Below, piece after piece: positions 1 through 9,941 of a stretch of DNA of 64,000 bases. The stretch is taken from positions 25,539 to 89,538 of the forward strand of contig CAVPHD010000011.1 of the NCBI GenBank assembly GCA_963704165.1, in the 5' to 3' direction. A program made the position numbers and the translations under genes. The DNA comes from an uncultured delta proteobacterium. GTDB lineage: Bacteria > Myxococcota_A > UBA9160 > SZUA-336. The notes under the pieces are model-generated. The model was not told the DNA's origin and did not search any database. It saw only the letters and a program-made list of their open reading frames with translations. The first letter of the stretch is position 1, and every line of letters starts with the position of its first letter.

Positions 1-2313
1 ACCCGAGCTGACGAGCGAGGTGAAACCATCGGCGTAGAGCTCGAGAAAGCTCGTCACGATGATGTACGCGGAGAGATTCAGCTGGTTCACCTTCTCGTCC
101 CGCTCGTCGGATTCGTCGAAGATCTGCCCGCGTCCGAGGAAGCTCTCGAAGATCGTGCTCGGATCGCGATTGAACCGATACCCGAGCAGAAGCTGATTTC
201 CGCCGTCGCTCGCCCAACCGGCCGACGCGGCGACGTCGCGCATGTGATGAGCCTCCGGATCCCATCCGGCGTCGATTCCGATCGTGAACTCGCGCGACGG
301 CCGGAACTCGGTGAGCGCGAAGATGCGCGTGAACTCGCTCGCCTCGTAATCGTAGCCGGATCCGATCCGGAACTCGCCAAAGAGCCTGGCGGGAAGTGCG
401 TCGTCCGATGACGGACCGTAGAGCCGGTTCGAGAGCTGGACCTGAAGCAAGCGCGCGTCGGGAACGCGATCGCTCGGATTGCGCGTGACGAGGCGGATGT
501 CGCCGTCGATCAGACGCGGATCGTCGCGCTGCGGCTCGGGGATGAAGAGCGGGTTGTCCTCCTGGTTCGGCGCGAACACGCCCGCGAACGCGATTCGGGG
601 CTCCACGATGTGGTGCAGCGGAACGGTCGCGACGGCAAACTCGCGTCCGAACCGCGCACGAAGGTCGCCGCGCGCCGTGTACAGCGTCCGGCTGTCGTTG
701 TCGCCCAGACTCGGAAGGTAGACGGTTTCGCGCAGCCCTCCCTCGGTCAGGAGCTCGAACACGCCGAGCCGAAGCGGCAGCGCAAGCGTCGGGTACACGT
801 CGAAGCGCTGGCCATGCGCGGCGAGCAGCTCGCCTTCCTGGAAGATGCCATCGCCCTCGGTTCGCGTCGTCGCGGTGGGATTCGAGAAATCGTCGCGGTC
901 GTTGTCGACCAGATCGAAGGCCCCGTTCGCCGCGGGCTCCCGCCCCGTGAACCGCCCGTCTTCCCCGGTGTCGAAGAACTGCTCGTTCACGGGAGAGATC
1001 TGGCCGGGCAGGCCACCCCCCACCACTCCGAAGATCGTGTCGTGCGCGGAGCTCTGGACGAAGTTGGTGAACCGCGTGTCCAGCCCGGAGCGGAACGGCA
1101 GCCCGAAGAACGAGCGCGGCAGGGAGCCCGCACGAACGTCGGGCAATACCTGCAGGAAGTAGCCATCGCGATCGAGATCGTTCGGGTTCTGCAGGTCGTC
1201 GCTCATCGACGCCACGACGTCGCCATAGAGGCCGTGTCCCGAAGCGGTGACCCACGCCGCGCTCTCGATCTGTCTCTGGTGTTCGACGTCGCGGCCGAGA
1301 TCCCGGAAGTCCACCGGGTACTCGTTGTCGCTGATCTGATTCACGTCGAGCCCGAATCGAACGCCATCCGCCAGCGGTTGATCGTGCCGCAGCCACCAGG
1401 CCCAGCGGTTCTCGCTGAAGTACAGATCCGGATCGGACTCGACCTTGCGATCGTCGGGAAGGAGCGAGACGCCGCCGCGGCCCTGCCCGGTGTCGCCGAA
1501 GAGGTACTCGAAGGTCGACGTCGGCTTCCATCCGCGTCGGCTCATCCACTGCGGTTCGAGCGTCAGATTCACGCTCTCCGACACCGCCCAGAAGAATGGC
1601 AGGCCGAGCTCCGTGCCGTTTCGGCTCGACTGCGCGAAGCTCGGCATCAGGAATCCGGTCTGGCGCTCCGTCTTCACGGGAAACACGAGCCAAGGCACGT
1701 AGAGGATCGGAACGTCGAGCACCTTGAACCAGAGATGTCGACCGACGGCGTACCCGCCGAGCTCGAGGTTCGCGTCCTCGACCTCGATCTCCCACGGGCG
1801 TCGACTCGACCCGGGAGGACAACGACAGGACGTGAAGCTCCCCTTCTCGATCTCGAAGGTGTCCACACCCGTGCGCTTGATCGTCTCGCCGCGAACGGCG
1901 AAGCCCGGCTGCGGGTTGTCGAGCGAACCGCGGACGGCGATCGCGACCGTCGAGTCGAGATCGACCGCGACGAACTCCGCGAGCACCGTATTCTGATCAT
2001 CGACGATGCGAACGTCGCCCGTGGCCACACCGGTTCGCGTCGCGCCGCTGAAGATGATCCAGTCGGTGGTAAGCACCCGGCCGCCGGACTGCGTGATCCG
2101 AACGTTCCCCGTCGCCTCGTAGATGTCGCGCTCGCTGTCGTACGTGACTTCGTCGGCCACGAGAGAGAACTCGGGACTCATCGACTCGCCGGCCAAGGCG
2201 GCCACTTCGGGAGGAGGCGGCGCCGTCGGCGCGACCTCTTGCGCGCGTGCTTCGCGCAGCGTCGCGGTGAGCAACACCGCGCACGCGACGACGAGCACTC
2301 GAAGGCGACGCAT
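1..2313 (-). CDS. lptD: LPS-assembly protein LptD (3' end runs off the window)
   Basis: Manual translation from ATG at 2313 gives MRRLRVLVVACAVLLTATLREARAQ (signal peptide), then an OstA-like ADEVTYDSERDIYEATGNVRI segment and FTSCRCP. The frame is absent from the ORF track, consistent with no stop before the edge. Confidence 0.85.
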   Translation of the reverse strand, partial: MRRLRVLVVACAVLLTATLREARAQEVAPTAPPPPEVAALAGESMSPEFSLVADEVTYDSERDIYEATGNVRITQSGGRVLTTDWIIFSGATRTGVATGDVRIVDDQNTVLAEFVAVDLDSTVAIAVRGSLDNPQPGFAVRGETIKRTGVDTFEIEKGSFTSCRCPPGSSRRPWEIEVEDANLELGGYAVGRHLWFKVLDVPILYVPWLVFPVKTERQTGFLMPSFAQSSRNGTELGLPFFWAVSESVNLTLEPQWMSRRGWKPTSTFEYLFGDTGQGRGGVSLLPDDRKVESDPDLYFSENRWAWWLRHDQPLADGVRFGLDVNQISDNEYPVDFRDLGRDVEHQRQIESAAWVTASGHGLYGDVVASMSDDLQNPNDLDRDGYFLQVLPDVRAGSLPRSFFGLPFRSGLDTRFTNFVQSSAHDTIFGVVGGGLPGQISPVNEQFFDTGEDGRFTGREPAANGAFDLVDNDRDDFSNPTATTRTEGDGIFQEGELLAAHGQRFDVYPTLALPLRLGVFELLTEGGLRETVYLPSLGDNDSRTLYTARGDLRARFGREFAVATVPLHHIVEPRIAFAGVFAPNQEDNPLFIPEPQRDDPRLIDGDIRLVTRNPSDRVPDARLLQVQLSNRLYGPSSDDALPARLFGEFRIGSGYDYEASEFTRIFALTEFRPSREFTIGIDAGWDPEAHHMRDVAASAGWASDGGNQLLLGYRFNRDPSTIFESFLGRGQIFDESDERDEKVNQLNLSAYIIVTSFLELYADGFTSLVSSG

Positions 2314-2354
2314 CGCGCGTTTCTAACCCGCGATGCGGGCGGAAGCAAGCTGGC

Positions 2355-2987
2355 CTAGCGGGTCAGCTGCGAGACTTGGGCGAGCTCGTCGGGCTCGAGC
2401 ACCGTGAGCTGATCATCGACGAGGCCGACGAGCCTCCGATCGAGAAGCTCTTGCAGACAGAGATAGGCAGGTTTGATCGCAAGCCTCGCGGCCCCGGCGA
2501 GATCCATCAACCGGCCCTTGACCGGGGTCGGGGCCTCTCCGGGAATTCGCCGTTCGAGAATCGCGCGAGCGAGTGCGGCGAGCTTCTCCGGATCCTGGCT
2601 CCTTCCCTCTCGCGGCGGCTCGACCTCGAGCGGGAGAACGTCGGCGACAGCCTCCTCGCGAGCGTGGCCGATTCGCTCGGTGAGCACCTGAATGAGCCGG
2701 AACGCGATCTCCGAATTCTCGCGGATCAGCACGTTCAGGAGCGCGACGTCGATCGCGAGTACGCTGGTCTCGCCCTCGGCCTCGGCGCGGAGCGGCGATG
2801 GCCGGCCGAGAATCGACGTCGCCTCGCCGAAGACGTCGCCCGGACCGAGGAGGTAGGGGGCCTCGCCCTCGCTCCGGTGAACGAGCACGTTTCCGCCGCG
2901 AACCACGTAGAGCGTCCGTTCCGTCGAGCCACGCTCGACGATCGTCTCGCCCTTCGCGAAGTGCCGTTCGATCTCTTCGGGTTTCAT
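2355..2987 (-). CDS. cyclic nucleotide-binding (Crp/Fnr-like) domain protein
   Basis: LYVVRGGNV...LGPGDVFGE cNMP-binding signature, plus a C-terminal winged-helix-like segment. Confidence 0.8.
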   Translation of the reverse strand: MKPEEIERHFAKGETIVERGSTERTLYVVRGGNVLVHRSEGEAPYLLGPGDVFGEATSILGRPSPLRAEAEGETSVLAIDVALLNVLIRENSEIAFRLIQVLTERIGHAREEAVADVLPLEVEPPREGRSQDPEKLAALARAILERRIPGEAPTPVKGRLMDLAGAARLAIKPAYLCLQELLDRRLVGLVDDQLTVLEPDELAQVSQLTR

Positions 2988-3048
2988 GCGCGCGAGCCTC
3001 GGCCTCTGACCTCTCCGAGAGATCGACGGACACGCCGAGGCGCTTGAG

Positions 3049-3588
3049 CTAGTCGGGGACGTGACGCCCGATCAGGGCCCGAAGCTCTTCACGGTCGTGG
3101 AAGCCGGGTCCGAGCCGCTCGTGCACGTTTCCATCGCGCCCGATCAGGACGTGAAACGGAAATGCGTCGGCTCCGTAGGCCAGGGCCAGATCGGTCGAAG
3201 CCTGCGCGACCGGGTACTCGATTCCGTGTTCGAGCACCCAGCGCGCGAGCTCCTCGAGAGGCAGCGCATCGATCGAGATGGCGAGAATGCGCACGTCTGA
3301 CGCCGCGAGTTCGGCCTGGAGCGCGTTCAGCTCGCCGATCTCGAGCACGCACGGCGCACACCACGTCGCCCAGAAGTCCAGGAGCACCACGTGACCGCGA
3401 AGCGAGTCGAGCGAGACACGACCGCCACCGACCAGCGGGAGGTCGAACGACGCGGCGGGCTCGAGTGGCGGAGGCGATGCCTCACGGCACCCGAACGCGA
3501 ACAGGATCGATGTCAGCCCGAGCGCGAGACGCCACACGCGCGGGGCCGGCTCACTGCCATTCGGTGGAATCGTCCGCCGGCGGCGCAT
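3049..3588 (-). CDS. TlpA family thiol-disulfide oxidoreductase, probable lipoprotein
   Basis: LLDFWATWCAPC motif and lipobox-like FAFGC; start uncertain. Confidence 0.85.
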   Translation of the reverse strand: MRRRRTIPPNGSEPAPRVWRLALGLTSILFAFGCREASPPPLEPAASFDLPLVGGGRVSLDSLRGHVVLLDFWATWCAPCVLEIGELNALQAELAASDVRILAISIDALPLEELARWVLEHGIEYPVAQASTDLALAYGADAFPFHVLIGRDGNVHERLGPGFHDREELRALIGRHVPD

Positions 3589-3932
3589 CGATCGCGCTCT
3601 CGTCGCCCCGTGAAGACGAGCGGCTCGTTGAACGTCAGGTTCTCGGGTGTCACGACGTAGTCGCCGCGCACCGACGCGGTGATGATCTCGCGCGCGACAT
3701 CCGTGCGACCGCCAGTGAGCACCCACGCGAATCCGCTCGTGATCGCGCCGAGCGTCGCGTACACGATCTTCACCGGGCCGTAGACCAGGGAGCAGATCGC
3801 CGCGCCCACACCCAGCCCGTAGTGCGCCGCGAGATTCCGCTCCTGCTTCTCCTCGGCGTGGACCGACGTCGAGACCGTCAACGCAACGACCAGCGCCACT
3901 GACGCAGCAGTTCGGACAGGAAGGCTCATCAT
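3513..3932 (-). CDS. conserved hypothetical exported/membrane protein
   Basis: Signal peptide MMSLPVRTAASVALVVALTVSTSVHA followed by Gly-rich hydrophobic helices. In frame with dtd as assembled; 3' end uncertain. Confidence 0.6.
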   Translation of the reverse strand: MMSLPVRTAASVALVVALTVSTSVHAEEKQERNLAAHYGLGVGAAICSLVYGPVKIVYATLGAITSGFAWVLTGGRTDVAREIITASVRGDYVVTPENLTFNEPLVFTGRRERDRCAAGGRFHRMAVSRPRACGVSRSG

Positions 3933-3946
3933 GGCCACGGAGATTC

Positions 3947-4397
3947 CTAAAAAACGCCGAGCCGTGTCGAGGATCAGCGTCACGGGTCCGGCGTTGGTGA
4001 GCTCGACTTCCATCTCCGCGCGGAAGACCCCGGTGACGACGGTCACACCGAGCGAGCGTGCATGCGAGGTCACGAGCTCGATCAACGGCTGCGCGTGCTC
4101 GGGACGGGCCGCGCCATCGAAGCTCGGACGCCGTCCCTTTCGGGTGTCGCCGAGCAGCGTGAACTGCGAGACGACGCCGAGAGCTCCACCCGTCTCGAGG
4201 AGCGAGCGATTCATCGAACCGCTCTCGTCCGCGAAGACGCGCAGGTGCACGAGCTTCTCCGCGAGCGCCCGTGCATCCGCCTCGACATCCTCGCGCGCGA
4301 CACCAACGAGTGCCAGCAGGCCCGCCTCGAGCTCCGCGACGACCTCTCCCCCCACTCGGACGCGCGCGCGCGTGACGCGCTGCGCGACTGCCCTCAC
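3947..4397 (-). CDS. dtd: D-aminoacyl-tRNA deacylase
   Basis: MRAVAQRV, SQFTL, KGRRPSF and NAGPVT motifs. The GTG start overlaps the dcd stop. The TAG at 3947-3949 is out of frame by one base within a T6 run. Confidence 0.92.
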
Positions 4398-4909
4398 GGC
4401 GAGCGCTGGCTCGCGAACTGGCCGGCGTAGACCGCCTCGCCCTCGCAGCGCTGAAGCACGATCTGGCAGATGCGGATGCCGGGATGGATCAGGAGCGGGC
4501 GTCCCGAGACGTTGCTCATCTCGAGGACCTGATGGTTGGAGACCCCCGGCTGAACGAAACCGGAAGTGACGTGCACCGTGAGCCCGAGGCGAGCGATTCG
4601 ACTGCGCCCTTCGAGCCAGCCGCAGACATCCGGCGGCAGGAAGATGCGCTCGCGCGTGATCCCGTGGACCGTCCGCCCCGGATCGAGCAGATACGGCTTC
4701 TCGAACGGGATCAGCCGCGTCGCGAGGTCCGGCGCGGCGTGATCGCTCACCTCGATCGGAGAGTTCTGGTCGTCGAGCGGCACTCGCAGCGAGTCGCCGA
4801 GGTGCAGATCGATCGACGCTGCGCCGACCTGATCCATCTCGAATGGCTCGAGCCGCAACCGGCCGGTCGCAAGCTCGTGCAGGATCGCATCGCGGGTCAG
4901 AACGCTCAT
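4394..4909 (-). CDS. dcd: dCTP deaminase
   Basis: ASIDLHLG, GRSRIARLGL, QPG, LEMSN and GIRICQ dUTPase-fold motifs. Confidence 0.88.
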   Translation of the reverse strand: MSVLTRDAILHELATGRLRLEPFEMDQVGAASIDLHLGDSLRVPLDDQNSPIEVSDHAAPDLATRLIPFEKPYLLDPGRTVHGITRERIFLPPDVCGWLEGRSRIARLGLTVHVTSGFVQPGVSNHQVLEMSNVSGRPLLIHPGIRICQIVLQRCEGEAVYAGQFASQRSP

Positions 4910-4981
4910 CGGATGTCGGACCCCAGACTCGCGGTCCGGCAACGCTTGTCAACCGGCCGACTGGACTCGTAGCGTAGGGGC

Positions 4982-5767
4982 ATGCACTCCTACTTCGACA
5001 TTCCGCGTCCGCATCTTTTCGCCCATCGCGGTGCCAGCGCCGAGGCCCCCGAGAACACCATGCCGGCCTTCTCGCGCGCACTCGAGCGACGCGTTCGGTA
5101 CCTCGAGCTCGACTGCCACGCGACCCGGGATGGAGAGATCGTCGTGCTCCACGACGCGGAGCTCGAACGCACGACCGACGGGCAGGGTCCGGTCTCGGCG
5201 CTCTCGTTCTCGGAGCTCGAGCGACTCGATGCCGGACACCGCTTCAGCCGCGACGGCCACACCTACCCGTTCCGCGGCTGCGGCGTGCGCGTGCCGCGAT
5301 TTTCCGAGGTGTTGAAGGCATTTCCGGGCGTACACCTGAACCTCGAGGTGAAGCAGGCGGAGCCGCCGATTGCCGAGCAAGTCATCGCTCTGGTGCGGGG
5401 CGCGAACGCGACATCGCGCGTACTGCTCGCTGCGGAGGACGATGGCGTGCTGAGCCGAATCGAGGCCCTCGACCCGGGCACGGCGCTCGGCTCCTCGACG
5501 GCGGACGTGATCGCGTTCGTGAAGGCCGCCGCCGAGGCGCGGCTCGAGAGCTTCAAGCCGCGCGGCCACGCGCTCCAGATCCCTCCGGACGCATTCGGCC
5601 AACCGCTCGTGACGCCCGAGCTCGTGAAGGCCGCACACGCGCTCGGACTCTTCGTTCACGTGTGGACGATCAACGAGGCCGAGGAGATGCGGCGCCTGCT
5701 CGCGCTCGGCGTCGATGGACTCATGTCGGACGATCCCGCCCTGCTCCTCGCGACGGCGAGCCGCTGA
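4982..5767 (+). CDS. glycerophosphodiester phosphodiesterase
   Basis: [43 protein letters not shown]. Confidence 0.93.
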   Translation: MHSYFDIPRPHLFAHRGASAEAPENTMPAFSRALERRVRYLELDCHATRDGEIVVLHDAELERTTDGQGPVSALSFSELERLDAGHRFSRDGHTYPFRGCGVRVPRFSEVLKAFPGVHLNLEVKQAEPPIAEQVIALVRGANATSRVLLAAEDDGVLSRIEALDPGTALGSSTADVIAFVKAAAEARLESFKPRGHALQIPPDAFGQPLVTPELVKAAHALGLFVHVWTINEAEEMRRLLALGVDGLMSDDPALLLATASR

Positions 5768-6815
5768 GACGCGCGCGCGCATAGCTCGCCGCCTCCGCGG
5801 TGCCCGCGTCGCTCGCGTCGACCCAGCGCTCCACGAGCTCGAGCAGCTCGGGATCGCCCGAGTTGCCCGCCGCGATGAGCGCGTTGCGGCGCAGTCCCTC
5901 GGGTCTTGCTCGGCGCAGCGCGGAGCGGCGCATGCGCTCGCGAAGCGCGTCGTCGTCCAGGGAGAGCAGGTCCGCGAGAGACGGGCTGAACCAATCCGCG
6001 CGCGCCGCGAACCTCGGCTCACCCGCGAGCGGTCGCGCCTGCCGCTGATTCCAGGGACAGACCTCCTGGCAGATGTCGCAGCCAAAGAGATGCGAACCGA
6101 TGCCCGCGCGGAGCTCCGCGGGAATCGGGCCGCGTTTCTCGATCGTCAGGTAGGAGATGCAACGCCGGGCGTCGACCACGCCGGGCTCCGGAAAGGCATC
6201 GGTCGGACACGCGTCGAGACACGCGCGACAGCTCCCGCAGTGGTCGACCGCGGGCGCATCGGGCGCGATCTCGAGGTCGGTCAGGATCACGCCGAGGAAG
6301 AGGTACGAGCCGAGGCCTGGATCGATCACGCAGCTGTTCCGGCCGATCCAACCGATTCCCGCTCGCTCGGCGAGGAGCCGCTCGGGCAGCGCGCCGGTAT
6401 CGACGTAGCGTCGGAACGCAGCGGTCGGATACTCGACGCGAAGCGAGGCTACGAGCGCTCGAAGCCGCCGGCCCAGCACGTCGTGGTAGTCGTCTCCCCA
6501 GGCGTAACGCGAGACCCACGCGCGCCCGGGCTCGCGCGGCGATCGCGAGTCGGGCTCGCCATTGTCGTAGGCGACGGCCGCGACGATCGCGGAGCGAGCC
6601 CCGGGAAAGACGCGCTCGAGATCCTCTCGCTCTTCGAGTCGCTCCGCGACGTAGCTCAGGTCTCCGGCATATCCGCGCTCGACCCAGGCGCGAACGCGCG
6701 TGAGCTCGGGCCACGACTCGATCCGGACGACACCGATTCGGATCAGGTCGTGTCGGCGCGCAGCCTGGTCGAGCCAGGCGCGCGCTTGCCGAGGCGAGTC
6801 GCCGACGGGGTGCAT
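5721..6815 (-). CDS. queG: tRNA epoxyqueuosine(34) reductase
   Basis: [49 protein letters not shown]. Confidence 0.95.
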   Translation of the reverse strand: MHPVGDSPRQARAWLDQAARRHDLIRIGVVRIESWPELTRVRAWVERGYAGDLSYVAERLEEREDLERVFPGARSAIVAAVAYDNGEPDSRSPREPGRAWVSRYAWGDDYHDVLGRRLRALVASLRVEYPTAAFRRYVDTGALPERLLAERAGIGWIGRNSCVIDPGLGSYLFLGVILTDLEIAPDAPAVDHCGSCRACLDACPTDAFPEPGVVDARRCISYLTIEKRGPIPAELRAGIGSHLFGCDICQEVCPWNQRQARPLAGEPRFAARADWFSPSLADLLSLDDDALRERMRRSALRRARPEGLRRNALIAAGNSGDPELLELVERWVDASDAGTAEAASYARARLSGSPSRGAGRDRPT

Positions 6816-6886
6816 CGGCACAGGACTCTAGCCGCTCGCGCGCCGGGCGAGGGTGGGCGATCGTGCCCCGCATGCCCCGCCCGCCG

Positions 6887-7360
6887 ATGTCCAGCCGCGA
6901 CGACCTGCACGTGGTGCTGGTGCATCCGGAGATCCCCTGGAACACCGGCAGCGTCGGACGCACCTGCCTCGCCGCCGGTGCCCAGCTCCACCTGGTCGAG
7001 CCCCTCGGCTTCTCGCTCTCGGAGCGCGCGGTCCGCCGCTCCGGCCTCGACTACTGGCCACGCGTCGCGCCTGTGATCTGGCCGGACTGGGCGAGCTTCG
7101 AGGTCGCGCTGCCGTCGCTCGGAGAGGCGAGCTTCTTCAGCGCGGGCGCACAGCGATGCTTCTGGGACGCCGACTGCGGCGAGCGCACGGTGCTGATCTT
7201 CGGCGGCGAGAGCTCCGGGTTTCCGCGGGCGATCCGAGAGCGGTATCGAGAGCGACTCGTGGGCATACCGATGGCCGACCCGGCGCTCCGCTCTCTCAAT
7301 CTCTCGAACACCGCGGCGATCGCCCTGTACGACGTGCTTCGCCGCCGCGCCCGGCCTTGA
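6887..7360 (+). CDS. trmL: tRNA (cytidine/uridine(34)-2'-O)-methyltransferase
   Basis: PEIPWNTGSVGRTC, RRSGLDYW, FGGESSG and RSLNLSN SPOUT motifs. Confidence 0.93.
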   Translation: MSSRDDLHVVLVHPEIPWNTGSVGRTCLAAGAQLHLVEPLGFSLSERAVRRSGLDYWPRVAPVIWPDWASFEVALPSLGEASFFSAGAQRCFWDADCGERTVLIFGGESSGFPRAIRERYRERLVGIPMADPALRSLNLSNTAAIALYDVLRRRARP

Positions 7361-7370
7361 GCCGCGTGGG

Positions 7371-7787
7371 CTACCCGAAGACGACGACCGCTTCTCCCGG
7401 CGTCGTCTTCTTGCCCTGCCCGTCCTCGGTCCAGATCTCGACCTGCGCGAGCTTCTTTCCGCCCTCTTCCCACTTCCGCTTCACCGTACCGCGGCAGCGG
7501 ATCGGTTGATCGGGCATGTCCATGCCGCGGTACTGACACGAGATCTTCTGGATCCGCCCGTTGTGGCCGAGCCAGTTCGAGACCAGCTCGCCGAGCGAGG
7601 CGTACTTGAACCGGCCGTGCACGATGATCGAGCCGATCTGTTTGGCCTGCGGGAAGTTCGGATCGTGGTGCAGCGGATTGAAGTCACCCGAACCGGCGGC
7701 GTACTTCACCAGCTGCGTCACCCCCGGCTGCTTGTCGAGCGCGGGCAGCGACTGACCTTCCTGGATGCTCTCCCATGTGACTGCCAT
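7371..7787 (-). CDS. MaoC family dehydratase (catalytic hot-dog subunit)
   Basis: YAAGSGDFNPLHHD hydratase-2 motif and IVHG. Confidence 0.88.
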   Translation of the reverse strand: MAVTWESIQEGQSLPALDKQPGVTQLVKYAAGSGDFNPLHHDPNFPQAKQIGSIIVHGRFKYASLGELVSNWLGHNGRIQKISCQYRGMDMPDQPIRCRGTVKRKWEEGGKKLAQVEIWTEDGQGKKTTPGEAVVVFG

Positions 7788-7801
7788 GACTTCCCCCGCG
7801 C

Positions 7802-8296
7802 CTAGTAGAAGATCGCTTGCGCGCGCTGACGCGCGACGACCTTGCCGGTCTGTTGATTCGTATACGTCGTCTCGCTGGTCGTGATCAGCATCTTCCCGAG
7901 GCCCTTGCTCTCGCGTACGTCGAGTCCCGCGACACGGCTCACCACGACCAAGGCGTCGCCGGCGCAGATCTGGTCGAAGTACTCGGTCTCGGTGCCGCCA
8001 TCGAGCAGGCCCGGAAGTCCGTGCTTCACGGAGGGCTGCCCCTCGGTCGGTCCGCTGAACGTGTCGCTCGAGCGGCCGGGAATGAAGACCGGGGTGCCCA
8101 GGTAGGTCGGCGGCGCCGGCAGGCTGCGATAGCCGGCCTTGCGCGCGGCATCGACGTCGAAGTAGACGGGATCGGTGTAGCCGACCCCGCGCGCGAACAT
8201 CCGCACGCTCGTCGTCGTCACCTCGTGGATCCAGGGCGGCGACTCCTTGCCGATCTGCGCCTTCATCTCGTCGCTGATCACGATTTCCTTCGCCAT
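7802..8296 (-). CDS. MaoC-like (FAS1/HadA-type) dehydratase partner subunit
   Basis: VRMFARGVG..DPVYFD..AARKAGY..LPAPPT. Confidence 0.85.
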   Translation of the reverse strand: MAKEIVISDEMKAQIGKESPPWIHEVTTTSVRMFARGVGYTDPVYFDVDAARKAGYRSLPAPPTYLGTPVFIPGRSSDTFSGPTEGQPSVKHGLPGLLDGGTETEYFDQICAGDALVVVSRVAGLDVRESKGLGKMLITTSETTYTNQQTGKVVARQRAQAIFY

Positions 8297-8375
8297 TCGA
8301 AGCGCTCCTCCCGATCGGGCCGTGGCGTCCCGATCGCGGAAGTGTAAACCAAGTGCGCAAGGGAGTTCCCAGCCG

Positions 8376-8895
8376 ATGAGCCGAGCGCGCGACGCGAAGC
8401 TTCTCACTCCGAAGCAGGTGCTCGATCGGTATCACGACGGTCCGAAGAGCGGCGTCTTCACCGACGGAGCTTGCGAAGGGAATCCCGGCCCGGGCGGATG
8501 GGGCTACGTGTGGGTCGATGACGATCGAATCCTCGCCGAGAAGCACGGCAGCGACCCGGGCGACGACCAACAACCGCATGGAGCTCACCGCACTGATCGA
8601 GGCCTACCGCGCGCTGCCCTCGGACGCGCGCACGACGGTCTTCTCGGACAGCGAGCTCTGCGTCAAGACCGTGAACGAGTGGGCCGCCGGCTGGGAGCGC
8701 CGGGGCTGGAAGCGAAAGACCGGACCGATCGCGAATCTCGAACTCGTGCGGACCCTGTACGACCTCGCCGGAGAGCACCCGCACGTCGAGCTCCGCTGGA
8801 TCCGCGCCCACGACGGTTCGCGCTGGAACGAGTACGTCGATGCGCTCGCGAACAGCTTCCTGCGCGAGCGGTCGGGGGAGATCGGCTCGGCCTAA
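8376..8895 (+). CDS. rnhA: ribonuclease HI (frameshift near 8560, probably an assembly error)
   Basis: FTDGACEGNPGPGGWG in one frame; TTNNRMELTA, SDSE, WKRK..IANLEL and WIRAH..WNEYVDALA in the next. Confidence 0.9.
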
Positions 8896-9121
8896 CGCAC
8901 CGCTTCCATCCGTCCCAATGACCGCGCGTCCTGACTGAGCTTTCTTCATTCGGCGAAGACTATCCGAATGCTCTCGCGGCGTTAGGACCCGAACGCCCTG
9001 CCCGGTCCGGGTGCTGAAACCCCTTTACTCCGGCGGAGTTCTCTCCTATATCCACCTCTGAATTCCCCCAGCACGCGTGCCCCCGACGCGTCCGATCCAC
9101 ACAGAGAACACAGGAGAGGCG

Positions 9122-9913
9122 ATGAGTGCTCCGGCAGAGTCGCTCCCCCGCGCCGGGTCCGCCCGCCGCGCCGGGATTCGCGAAGTCAGTCTGCCCGACG
9201 CGGCCACCCAGAACGGGAAGGAAGCCGGCTACTGCCTGGTCGAGGACGGCGGCGCGCTTCGGCAGGTTCGCCTGCGCGGCGACGCACGACTCTGGGAATG
9301 GCCGGGCGTGTACGAGCACCTGGTTCGAACGCTTCTCCGCGGAAATGCACCCGGCGCGCTCAGCCACATGCTCGATCGACAGCTGCGCTCGAGCGGCACG
9401 AATGCCGCCGACCTGCGCGTGATCGATCTGGGCGCGGGAAACGGTTGGATGGGAGAGGAGCTCGGCTCCATCGGCATCCCGCTGGTCATTGGTGTCGATT
9501 CATCGAGCGCCGCCGCCATCGCTGCGGAGCGAGATCATCCCGACGTGTACCAGAGCTACCTGATGCTCGACATGCGCCGCCTGTCAGAAGCGCAGCGCGA
9601 CGATCTGATGAACTACGACTTCAACTGCCTCGTGTGCGTCGATGCCCTCGCCGCCGACGAGCCCGCACCGAATGCGTTCGCCGAGGCATTCAACCTGCTC
9701 GCACCGGACGGCTGGGTGGCCTTTCACCTGAACGCCGAGACCGCCGAGGGCGGCCGTGATTCGCGATTCGCGCGCATCGTCCACCGCATGATCCAGAGCG
9801 GATCGATGAACGTCGCCACCCAGCAGCGCTACCGCCACCGCTTCACGACCTACGGCGCACCCCTCTTTCACGTCGGCGTCGTCGCCCGCAAGGTGAGGGA
9901 CTTCGAGCCGTAG
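9122..9913 (+). CDS. class I SAM-dependent methyltransferase
   Basis: VIDLGAGNG motif I, IGVDSS, LLAPDGW; RBS CAGGAG upstream. Confidence 0.8.
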   Translation: MSAPAESLPRAGSARRAGIREVSLPDAATQNGKEAGYCLVEDGGALRQVRLRGDARLWEWPGVYEHLVRTLLRGNAPGALSHMLDRQLRSSGTNAADLRVIDLGAGNGWMGEELGSIGIPLVIGVDSSSAAAIAAERDHPDVYQSYLMLDMRRLSEAQRDDLMNYDFNCLVCVDALAADEPAPNAFAEAFNLLAPDGWVAFHLNAETAEGGRDSRFARIVHRMIQSGSMNVATQQRYRHRFTTYGAPLFHVGVVARKVRDFEP

Positions 9914-9941
9914 GCGGAACCCCGGCCGCGCGAAGCACGGC

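Noticed and set aside
610-2358. Long plus-strand ORF (582 aa), and similar long ORFs such as 9957-11600, 23680-25629, 38158-39963 and 44827-46521
   Set aside because: Antisense shadows of real genes (lptD, elp3, FG-GAP, TPR, pilQ) caused by high-GC codon bias; no recognisable motifs.
8540-8580. Programmed frameshift in rnhA
   Set aside because: No slippery heptamer; the many similar indels in the window indicate sequencing error.
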